Origin: Pocillopora damicornis
Lineage: Eukaryota
Assembly (NCBI RefSeq): GCF_003704095.1
Contig: NW_020847472.1
Span: 248,001-312,000, forward strand
DNA: 64,000 nucleotides
Direction: 5' to 3'
This document shows, piece after piece, positions 49,601 through 60,576 of the stretch. Both the position numbers and the translations under genes were made by a program. A model generated the notes under the pieces. That model ran no database searches. It was given only the letters and a program-made list of their open reading frames with translations, and was not told the origin of the DNA. Numbering within the stretch: the stretch's first letter is position 1; each line of letters begins with the position of its first letter.

Positions 49601-50717
49601 CAATGCAACAAATTTAAATGTTACCTTAGTACCTTCATTTGCGCTTGCGTCCTTCATAAAAACGAAGAACAACACTTCGGAAAGCGCATGATTTTCTTGG
49701 GAAAAGAAGATAGACGACTGTAGCACCTAAAAGACACAAGTTCACTTCCTCATGATGCTATTTCTTAGCAATCACAGATTACAAATTTGAAATCATGACA
49801 ACCACAGTTTACTTATTCGTTCGCGCCAACAATTCATAATCAATCTTTAAGCAGTTCATTCGAATTAAATTTGCCATATCATGATATCACTGAAGGTGTT
49901 CACGTAGATCAAAAGAAGGCTTTAAAGCCAGAAAATAATTTCGTGGTGTATACCATCACGAAGCTGTGAAAATGCTGTGGTCTTAATGAAGAATTGTGCA
50001 AATACGTGAAGCGCCCCCTTTCTATGAATTCGATTGACAGCTGTTCTTGGTCAGTGATGCTTTGATCAGTTTTGTTATTTTATTACCTTTACCCAGGTGA
50101 ATGCTGGGGTGGTCCTGATGATTCAGCGTTCTATGTTGAAGGGCATGCTCAACCTAGTGGATGTGCAGACCAGTGCTCTAATGACTGCGCCTGCTCGAAA
50201 AGATTTTGTGCAGGAAAGACATTTACCAATGCTGTATATGCCATCAGTGAGTATAACAAGGCTGACAGTTTCTGATGCCACTCAGGGTGTCCGATCACTT
50301 TTGACCTGCTTGGTTAAAAACCTTGTTTCCTCACTTCATAACCTCAATTACTCAATTACCAATTCAAAAGTGTGTAGCACTTCTTTTGTTACTCTTATAT
50401 ATCGGGAGTCAGGATTGTTTCTGTTGCACGAAACTGCCTCGTAAAACTTGTCAATGGTTCCCGAGAATTTTACCACTGAACATTTGATACTATGTTAAAA
50501 CAACATTATGTAGTTGATAGTTTACGTTGTTGTTCTCGTCACGTGGCTTACTGCTTAACATTTGCTTGGTAATGATCTGGGCTGGGGGAAACTCTCGTAC
50601 TAATGCATGGCATCCTGTCTTATCATTCATATACTTTGGTAATTTATCGTTTGTCTCATAGCGGAACACATTGCTGAAGGAAGCGCTACGGCTTTGGGTG
50701 GCTACATTTGGGGGTAG
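46628..50717 (+). CDS. Secreted Cys-rich protein with two tandem WSC-like modules, gene D, about 298 aa. Exons 46628-46688, 47190-47438, 48199-48351, 49280-49507, 50097-50246, 50662-50717
   Basis: Signal peptide MVQHPLIVVMLLFTLSACHS. Two copies of GCF.D...R.LP.Y..N.RD.....G..IDW..W..YLP..VCRCA.KAK..G...FG.QF.GEC..G...C.....C...FC.GK...N.VY.I. All introns are phase 1 GT-AG. Confidence 0.88.
46830..47122. mobile_element. Interspersed repeat rich in ccaatc/gattgg motifs (MITE-like); related fragments near 16905-17040 and 29120-29220
   Basis: aaccaaaacaaaagtta..gccaatcagaacaa..attactttcaacgctcaattgagaattgctct; partial matches elsewhere in the window. Confidence 0.45.
48375..48930. repeat. Degenerate purine-rich 5-bp-period satellite (GAGTG/GAATG/TAGAG) in intron 3 of gene D
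   Basis: Strong purine skew and pentamer periodicity; homologous tract in gene E at 53735-54350. Confidence 0.6.
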
Positions 50718-51394
50718 CTTATCGCAGAGACCAAAGAACCCAACCAACTCAGAAGGATTGAACAAGAATTGTAGATTAAATGAAACTCAGTGAACACGAA
50801 ACGTAGGATAAATAAGAACACTCAGTGAAAAATAAAATCTAAGAAACATTAACTGGTAGTCTGCGTTCTACCCGTGTTATGTATGCCAATATGAAGCAAT
50901 CTGGGCGAAATGTTCTGTAAAACCAGCACAAGTTGATTCATATAATTAAACCAATATTTCAGTCCCGTATTACCGAAGGCGACTCTGCTTCAAGTGTAGT
51001 TACGTACTGTTTTTTAGGTAGGAAAACAGAACGACTGAGAAAGGGGTGGCATCCAGATAATATCCAGTAACAATGGCTTGATAATAAAACTAGAAGGCAC
51101 CAGAAATTTCTATTGTGTCTTTTCTAACCTTTTATGATCACTTCCTTCAAAAGAATATTATTCTACTTCATTCACTAGTATGGATAAAAAGTGTGAGACA
51201 AATCATAAGATACACGAATCGTGATTGAATACCAGACATTTAGCAAGCTTCACCATGTAAAGGATTTACTGCCAGCAGTTTACCTCGATCTCGATAAAGT
51301 CTGCTTCTAAGCATGAAAAGCTAACAACAATGGCTCGAGGAATAGAAGTAGAAAGCAGTCAGAGGTTTCATGATCAGATAATTTGGTCTCCACA

Positions 51395-51600
51395 ATTATC
51401 AACTGAGTCGATGATGTGAATCGACCACCTAAAAGAGTTTCATAAGCTGTAGTTACGAGCGTTAGTCGTTTGTTCGCCCATCGTGATGACGAAAGGCTAA
51501 CGCTCGAAACGTCACACTATAAATTCGGATGATAAACAAAATTATCTTGTAACAGTCTCACACACGCAACACTAGTTTCTTCGGAAACTTACTCTATTTA
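51395..51600 (+). mobile_element. Interspersed repeat with a hammerhead-like core, copy 3, arranged as an inverted pair
   Basis: atgacga-aaggctaacgctc-gaaacgtc at 51486-51513, preceded by an inverted degenerate copy (aagctgtagttacgagcgttag). Confidence 0.6.
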
Positions 51601-52479
51601 TTCATAAATATTTCATGATTAGTTCATTTACCATAATGACGAAAGAGAATGCTATCAAAGGTGCAAACAAATGTTGGAAGAAAGGAAAGAAAGGCAAGAA
51701 ACGATTAAATCCGACTCACTTAACCGAAAAAAGTATAATTTCTGTTTTACCGATTTGAAGCTAAGACGAGTACAGTTTATGCAAGCGGCGCGATTTTATT
51801 CCACATGAAAATTTTAGGGTTAAACAAGGGCGAACAAGCTCATTTAAATAAACGATTGACTGGTTTGAATGGGAAAGTGTTGGATAAGTTTGATGCTTGT
51901 CAATGATTCGCCAAACAAAGATTCCTTGGCTTTGTTTTCTTTTTTTTTCGAAAATAAAATAATTTGTTCCATCTGTCCTTTAAATGTTAAGTTATAATTT
52001 ATACTGTAACTTAAGATTAAATTCATTTTCATCAATGCCATCTGACAAACATTTGCTAATTAACCAAGTTTTCCTTATTGCTCCACTTACACGAATATTC
52101 ACTTGATTAAATTTTACATTTACCAGTGAGGTCAGAAACAATAAAACATGGGAAAGTTTACCAAAAAAACATATTGCTCTAGCTGTGTTTAAATTCATTA
52201 CACCCTAGGTGTTCCCTCAAAAACTGTTCTAAGTATCAATATTCTTCAGAGTACAAACAGACGGAGATTTCTGCGGAGTGAGAAGGGTCAAGGTAAGGAT
52301 CCGAAGCTCTCCGCTTGCTTCTCAGTTGTCAGACACAAATGACACAAGGAAAAAGTATATAGCACACAATTAAATTGTTTTAGAGTCAGTTTGTTATAAA
52401 GCGGTTGGTACATGTTCTACGAATATATGTATTCATTCGGCTACAATCTTTGACTTTTTTCTAGTGTTACGAGAGGAAA

Positions 52480-55400
52480 ATGGTAAATTCTGCGTTAGTC
52501 TTCATACTGGCGATTTCTCTAACGCTGATAAAAGGTGAGAAAAACTTGCCCCCTTTTGAAACCAGTCTCGCGAAAAATGGGAAACTTATTTAGGGAAACA
52601 AAATTGTTACAGGATTTTCAAAGTGCATTTCTAGTCGAAAAATAATGTCGGGAACTTAAGCAAAGAGAAATTATAATGCGAGAACGTATTTCAGAGACAT
52701 ATCATGAACTAATTAATATAAATGATTTTCCTTTGCTTTACAGTCAACTAAGCGGCCGCAAGACTCTTTCGAGCCTGTTCCATTCCTCTGCTTCCTTTAC
52801 AAAGAGGGGAGGGAGGGGGGGGGTGGGGTAAGCAGGAAGGAGGGAAGGTTATGGTATTGAGAACGCTCGCCTCTCACCAATATCTCGGGAAGTGGGTTCT
52901 ACGCCACTCCAGAGGTGGCATTATCGGGCAATTCTGAATTAACTGCCGAAAGAATTCCGCAATAGTTTCACTTTGGTATCGCAGCCTCGACCGGTATTTG
53001 ATTGATCGAGGGAGTGGTGCAGGCTTCCTACACTAATAAGATAGCTAAGGTAAATAAAACCAACGCATTCTAGTATTACTTTCTGCATTCTTTAATCTTA
53101 AAAATGTGCTTCATCCCATCTTTTACTCGTGACGCGGCAATGTGCAGCGTCTAATCTTTGCCAGGATCCAAAAGACTGCCAAGTGTCTTTTAAACCATTG
53201 GGATGCTTCAAAGACAAAAGCCACGCACGTGCTCTTCCTCATTATATCTATAATGAGCGCGACGACTCCATAGCCAATTATGGCGGGCAAAAGATCGACT
53301 GGAATGACTGGGAAAACTATCTACCAGGGTTCATCTGCCGCTGTGCCAAGAAAGCAAAAGATCTGGGTTATGACCTGTTTGGAATGCAGCACTTTGGTAA
53401 GTATTAGGGGTAGTTAGTCGAAGCGGCTTCACCATACTACTGAGACCAGGATGAGCTCTGATATGATTTACATACTGGCTCTTAGCATGCATTGAATTTG
53501 TATAGATAGTATCCCTCGGTATTGATATCTTATTAGGTAATGTTACATGACCTACCTATAGGTGAATGTTACGCTGGAAGCAGCTCGTCGGATCAATATA
53601 ACAGGTATGGCCCGGGACAGTGCAAAGATTGCGTCGGGACGGACATGAACGACTGCAATGGGAGAAAGTTTTGTGTAGGGAAGGAATGGCGTAACATGGT
53701 GTACAAGATTGTCGGTAGGCATCAATCATAAATCATATTGGGTACAGTAGAATATTGTGAGAGTACTAAGAGTAGGAATAGTGGTAATAGTAACGGTAGT
53801 GAAGGTTTAAGTTCAATGGAATTAAGTCAAAGATGTAAAGTGAATGCAACACATCTGAAAGTTTTCAGTAGTTGACTCGGATACAAGTGAATGAGGGCGA
53901 GCAGTGATTAGTGAAGAACAGTGAAAGGAGTGGAAAGAAATGAAGAAAAAAATGGAATGGGAGAAAATGAAATGGGTGTGGGAACAAGTGCAAAACATTG
54001 CATCCATATGCAGTAAAGTATACCTGGTGTGGTTTGTGTGACGTAGCGGATATAAGGGAATAGGAACAGAGTCAGCAGAGTATGGAATGGAAGGAACTAA
54101 ACACAGAGAGAGAGGATGGAATTGTAGAAGAAGATTTAGTAATGATAGAGTAAAATTGAGTCGACTACAATGGGTGAAAATGGGTTTCATTGCATCGAAG
54201 TAAATGGGGTAGTTGTAGGCGTAGGGTAGCAAATTTCTGTGGCATCAGAGGTGCTAGCGTAAAGGAACTGATTCCTGATAGTAATATTTGTGAATTCGTG
54301 TAGAGAGGAGTGAATTGGAGTAGTATGAAATGGAAAGGAAAAGAATTCAAGGATTTCAGTGTGATGCCTTTGAGTGGGGGGAATTGCAATTTGTCAGCAT
54401 GGCGTCACAACTCAGTAGATAAGGTAGTTTTGTAAAATAATATAATGTTTCAATGAAGTGAACCATTAAAAGCTCAGAAAAGTGAGGTGGCTTCATTTCT
54501 ACGGCGTGAAGTTTTTCTGGTGTTCTTCTGTAGTTTTGTATAAGCCTATTAACACACATTGTGAAACGGATTGATTTAGATTTATGCAGTGTTCGTTTTG
54601 AGCGAATCGGCTGCTTTCATGATAACAAAGAAGCTCCACGCCTCTTGCCATCATACCTGTTAAATGACAGAGATGAGAACTTGCCCAACTTCAGCGGTCA
54701 CCTGATTGACTGGAAAAACTGGTACGAGTATCTCCCTGATCTTGTTTGCCGCTGCGCAAAGAAAACGAAGGGAAAAGGCTGGAAACTGTTTGGAATTCAG
54801 TTTTGGGGTGAGATATTTATTCAATATGTTTCCTCACTCGTAGAGGGTCGCCGGACGCAGAGAATTGAGGTCCTGTTGTACTCTTATAAATCAACTGAAT
54901 GATCCCATTATAAACTTAGCCACAAGAAAAATCTTGCTGAATTAGTCCAACAACTTTACAAATTGCGTAGGTACCTTATTTTGAGCATGTGGCCTTCATA
55001 CAGTAGTTTAAGGAACACCAATTTCCACAGCTTATGTTTCATTAAAACAGAAGAAAGAAAAGCGCGGCTTCTGTATTAAGCAAATACAATTCCCCTAAAT
55101 GCAAATCTTCAAAAATCACACATTGCAACAGCCATAATATCATCAGCTTGTACTTATTCGAATGCACTCACGATTCTTGATCACTCTTCGTGCATTTACT
55201 TAACTTTAATAGGCAGTATGTCATCTTAAGAGTGCTCACGTCAACTGAGGGGAGGCTGCAGAACTAACGAAAAAGAGAGTTCGTTCCACACACTTTCATG
55301 AATGCAGTGATGAGCAAAATAAATAAAGTTCTGCCTTTTTTCATTTAAATAACTGCTCATGAGTCACTTCTATCATATATTTTGTGCCCTTAACTCAGGT

Positions 55401-55961
55401 GAATGCTGGAGTGGCCCTGATGACTCAGCGTTCTATATTGAAGGGCATGCTCAGCCTGGTAGATGCGAAGACCAGTGCTTTAATGACTGCGCCTGCTCGA
55501 CCAGATTTTGTACAGGAAAGAACTTTACCAATGCTGTATATGTTATCAGTAAGTAAAACATGAGTTGACGAGTAACCTAACTGTGAGAATTCGTTTTTGC
55601 TTAAAAACTAGGATTTTCTTTTCGTCACATTGCGGCCTGCATAAAAACTTTCACGTATTGATATGAAAAGGGAAAAAACTCTTGTATGAGAGAGACAGGT
55701 ATGTTGATCGGACATTTTGAACTAAAACCCTACTTAAGGGTCAAATCAACATTATTTATGGGTAGAGGGTATCTAAAATGTCTCAACTTATCGTCTCGGA
55801 CCAAAAAAAATGTATCTTTTAACTAAAGACACTTTGCATACTAAAGCTGTGCATCTTCTCTTAACATTCATAAACTTTGATACTGTATCGTTTGTCCCGT
55901 AGCGGAACAACGTATCGATGAAGGAAGCGCTATGCCGGACAAGGTCAACATTCTGGGGTAG
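52480..55961 (+). CDS. Secreted double WSC-like-module protein, gene E, about 297 aa. Exons 52480-52534, 53148-53396, 53562-53714, 54580-54807, 55399-55548, 55903-55961
   Basis: Exons 2-5 have the same lengths as in gene D (249, 153, 228, 150 nt) and near-identical sequence. Signal peptide MVNSALVFILAISLTLIK. Confidence 0.88.
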
Positions 55962-56107
55962 TTATTCGCAGGGATCAAGGAACCCAACAAACTAAGAGGG
56001 ATTGAACGACAACGAAAACATATTTAATTCAGTGAAAAAGAAACTAGATGACAAAAAAATAAATCCAAAAAACAAATATTCTCTGGTGGTCTCTATTTTG
56101 CTTGTGT

Positions 56108-56110
<3 letters not shown>

Positions 56111-56148
<38 letters not shown>
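56111..56148. repeat. (AT)n microsatellite
   Basis: Directly visible. Confidence 0.97.
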
Positions 56149-56151
<3 letters not shown>

Positions 56152-56542
56152 AACATAAAACAATCCGTACGAAATTTTTTGTCAAAACCGGCACAACTTG
56201 TTACCCAGAATTAATCCAACTTACGTTTAGAAGTCTCTGCTCCAAGGGAAGTCACGTTTTGCTTTTAGGTAGGAAAACTAAATGAATTGGAAGCCCCTTT
56301 GACTGCATGGGATAACATAACAACGGCTTGGGAAGTAAAACAAGGTTTCATTCTACTTCATTTACTTGTATAGATAAAAAAAAAAAGAGACAAATAAACG
56401 CGCTCAACGCATCTTAACATGAGAAAGATTTTGCTACTAGGAGTAGTATACGTCCCATGGGACTCTAAGAGTTGTGCACATGCACAAGAACACATTTCTG
56501 ATTAAATAAATCATTGATGTGATTAGAAGAGAGGTGAACAAT

Positions 56543-56717
56543 TTAACCCTTAACACCCTAACATCAGCATTCATATTCTCCATACTGTTCTCTGGACACA
56601 ATCAAGAGTTTCTTTAGTTGATCATTTCCTTTATTCTCATAACATTAAAGTGTGATTCAGGGATGATATTGTAAGGAGAAATTAGATACTAGTCATTCTT
56701 AGGGGTTACAGGGTTAA
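56543..56717. mobile_element. TTAA-flanked piggyBac-type MITE
   Basis: ttaa-CCCTTAAC...GTTACAGGG-ttaa; reverse-complement relative of 20303-20504. Confidence 0.75.
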
Positions 56718-58008
56718 TGGACAATGATTTAACAAGGTCAATCACTCACAAAACAAAGAGGTTTTCGTTTTCGCACTTGTGCTCTTTTTTTCCTGACAAA
56801 AAATTGATGAGTTATTTCTTGATATTTATAAATCTATTTTGTAAGAAGTTCAATGTGAATTGCAACCCTATTCAGTCACAATTACACTGAACGGTTTACA
56901 TTCGCGACGACGTGGGGTCGAGTATAAAAATTTCCTGAAATTGTTTCCTATATGCATGTCCTCTAAGTTCATAGCTGATATTGTAAATTCATTTTGAATT
57001 TATTTCCATCAATTCCATCTGACAAACATATGTTAATCAAATTAACCGACTCTTTCTTATTGCTCAACTTGCACGAGTGTTCCCTTGATTAAATTTTGCA
57101 TTTACCAGTGAGGTCAGAAACAATCAGACATGGGAAATTCTATAAAGAAACATATTGCTCTAGCTGTGCTTGAATCTATTCAGCCCTCAGTTTTCCTTTC
57201 AAAACTGTTAGAAATAATTGTAATTGACAAGTCAAGTCATACTAAAGAATAAAGTTGTCACTATAGAGTACAAACAGAGATCAAACTTGAACAGCTAGTA
57301 GCGAATTTCCCAAAGCGGTTGGGTTTTTTACCAACAGTGTCTTTGAGACCTTGCTTGGTGAGTAGAAATTAACTCTCTGCTTTCTGTTGTATTATAATTT
57401 ACATTTTAATTACATTTACAATCTCTGCACTTATTCTGAAATTTTCCCATATACAATTGTAAACGAATTATATTCTTTCAGACTGAGATAGATCACGGAA
57501 ACGTTAGCAGTCCAGAGTGATCACGGAAAAGTATACGTACGTCAAATCTATTTGAGGCATTGGTGCATTTCAAAACTTTTTGTTTTTGTTTTGAGGGACA
57601 GAGGAAATGGATGAAACTCTTCCCTAGATCACGATAATGATCAGCCAACGTCTTTCCTAAACAGATAGAATTATTTCCTTACGTAAAAGAACGTTTCTTT
57701 TACAATCCATGTCCATGTTTGATCTTATGAAAATAATGCGGATTTGGTCTCTGTACCTCATTCACTCTCAGGAATGACGTTAAAGTAATATTTTTTACAT
57801 TTACTAAGTGCTAAAATAGCGAGGTACTCCACGAAAGGCGAACCAAAAGAAATGAAAAAGCCGGAGTATTTTTTTCTTGTGTATTAAGCTTCATGATTCC
57901 TATAAATATCAAGATGGTATGGGAGCATTTTGAATTCCACGCAAATATTCCTTGGACTAAAGTTTTACCTTTTCTAACATAGAGACTTTCTGGCACTACG
58001 AGACGAAA

Positions 58009-60576
58009 ATGGAAAATTTCGTGTTAGTCTTGGTATTGGCAGTTTCCCTCACGTTGGTAAGAGGTAAGAAAAACTTTCCATCGCTCGTTGTCCGGCATTG
58101 TGGAAAAGAGAAATTATGATACAGTTTGTAATGAAACAAATTTTATTTCGGACCTGCGGAATAAAATAAAGAAAAGCAATGAACCTCGCCGGTGAGCTGG
58201 AAGCAATTGCACAAAACAAATCTGAAGAAAAATTCAGCCTTCGAAGGGATTCGAACCCAGGCCTTCCAAGTTGGGCGCTATTACTAACTGAGCTACTATG
58301 CAACGCATTGCAATCAACTTATTGACCTATCAATGATCAATTTATTCCTAGCTAATGTCGACCCGTGTCACTGTGACACCACATTCGAACCGGCGAGATG
58401 TTACAAAGATCGCACTGATCAACGCCTGCTTCAAAATTATATCTTAAACGAGAGAGACCCAACATTAAGCAACTATCGAGGAAAATCAATCGAGTGGACA
58501 AATTGGCAAAACTACTTACCAGAATTCATCTGCCGCTGCGCGAATGAAGCCAAACTTCTTGGATTCGACGTTTTCGGTATCCAATTTTATGGTAAGGAAT
58601 TCTTTGCTTCCATACCTTCGCATCAACAGCATTTGTGCTGCATTCTATACGAAAGCTTTACACCCGTATATGCAAATTTCACACACTTAGAGATTATGAT
58701 TATGATATTAGGAAGTCACCTTAATTAGTATGAAAACTAATAGAGTTCAATTAGTGACATGGATCAAGTTCATTGCATTGATACACAAAGATAGTATATC
58801 TTACTATTAAAGGTGAGTGTTGGGCGGATAAACTGTCAGTCCTGAGACAGAAAGGATGGATCTCCAGGGAACTAGCAGAGCCAAGCGACTGCGTGGATGG
58901 TCAGTTTCAACCTTGTAGCAACACGAGGTACTGCAGTGGAATTCGCCACAGAATGATGGTCTACCATATTGTTGGTGAGAACAACCCCGTATCTTGTGGT
59001 CATTCTCTACTGTTGTTTTATTCATAGTTACCACACACGACTTGTGTGTAGGTGAAGCGCGCCCGCATAAAAACAGACGATTTTCTTTCTAATCTTTAGA
59101 AAGGAAAACTGTTACTTCATGCAAGGGAGCACGTGTACCAATTTGTTCTTTTTCCTAATTAATAACTCAGAACAACACTTGGTACAGAGTAATAAAAGGC
59201 AATCGGCCAAAAGGTGAATGTGGTCAGCAGTAGCTATAGTGAATAAAATCATACCTTAGCGAGTATGGGGACCCTTCCCCCATTCCCCCCCCCCTCCCCT
59301 CCCCTCCGTTCCCGCTTGATTTAAAATAACATAGGGTCGGCACGTTTCGACAAAACTCAGTCAGGTTCAAGAAAGTTTGATTACAATATTAGCACATGTT
59401 CTATTTCAAAGAAATAGTCTTAACTGAAAATACAATTCTTCCATTAGCAATAGCCAAATTTGAAATCTGGTATACCGCAAAGCCCTCTATGGGCTAAATG
59501 GCATGCTAATGCGACCAAATTCAAACAAAAACCCCGTTAACGACCCACATTTTGTAATTTACTTATCAGTGATCTCTTTCAACAGACATGTGCGACATTC
59601 ATATCGAGAAACTCGGTTGTTACAGAATGAGATTCCAAAGTCAACCCTTCCTACCTGAGTACGTCCTCAGTGACAGAGACCCCAAGGCGCAAAAGACCTG
59701 GAGCGGGATACGCATAGACTGGCCTAACTGGTATAAGCATTTGCCGGACTTTGTTTGCCGCTGTGCACAAAGAATCAAGCAAAAAGGATACGGATGGAAG
59801 ATCTTTGGCATCAGAAACTGGGGTTGGAATTGAGTATTGGCGTTTCTATAGTTTCCCTTTTGGGTACTTAGGGAAGCGAAATTCCTCATAAACTCATGAA
59901 ACTGCACCGATGTCCTTCTAATTACCACCAAGGTGGCCTCCAGGCTATCTGGAATTGTGGAATTAGCACATCTGACCGTAGTTAAACAATCCACAGCAAC
60001 ACCTAAGGTTATCATTTATGATTAAAATTGAAAGCTTGATTCTTATGCTGGATTTTAATTTTCTTTCATGCAGGGGAATGCTGGAGCGGTAATACCACAT
60101 CTGACACCTTTCTTCTTCAGATGGTGGCCAACGTAGGCGAATGCAAGAACCAATGTTTCAAAGATTGCAAACACGATGATCCATTTTGCACAGGAACAGA
60201 TAACTCCAATGCCGTTTATGTAATTGGTAATGGCTAATGTTATGTAGATCTTCAGTTTAGCGGCTGTACAAGCGTTTAGATAAAAGCATTCAGATGAAAG
60301 ACATGTGGGAAACGATAGCTTCTTATAGTTACATACTTTTATTTTTTTTCGTTCTCATCAATGCCAAAACTGTTTACCACCTAAAGAAGGTGTATGTAGT
60401 TGTCCAAAATCAATTTAATTTGCATAAATAAAAACCCATGACATAAAAATCGATAAAAAAAATGCTAAACATTATCCTTGCACAGCGAGTGTGTGACTTT
60501 ATTCCCGCCATACTTAGTTCTTGACATAAAATTTTTTTTTATAGTTGACAACTCAAATGAGGCGGGAAGTGGATGA
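58009..60576 (+). CDS. Secreted double WSC-like-module protein, gene F (more divergent), about 292 aa. Exons 58009-58063, 58352-58591, 58813-58974, 59586-59822, 60074-60226, probable last exon 60545-60576
   Basis: Signal peptide MENFVLVLVLAVSLTLVR; same module motifs (ICRCA..A...G...FGIQFYGECW) and phase-1 introns. The terminal exon is less certain; the alternative is read-through to TAA at 60235-60237. Confidence 0.85.
58125..58304 (-). mobile_element. tRNA-derived SINE in intron 1 of gene F
   Basis: The minus strand has a Pol III A box TAGCTCAGTTAG and B box GGTTCGAATCC, followed by a non-tRNA body (ctgaatttttcttcag...) and an AT-rich tail. No complete cloverleaf. Confidence 0.75.

Noticed and set aside
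53822-54389. His/Phe/Ser-rich minus-strand ORFs
   Set aside because: By-products of the intronic pentamer satellite.
58230-58304. Possible tRNA gene
   Set aside because: A and B boxes are present but there is no intact anticodon arm or acceptor stem, and the sequence continues into a SINE-like body.
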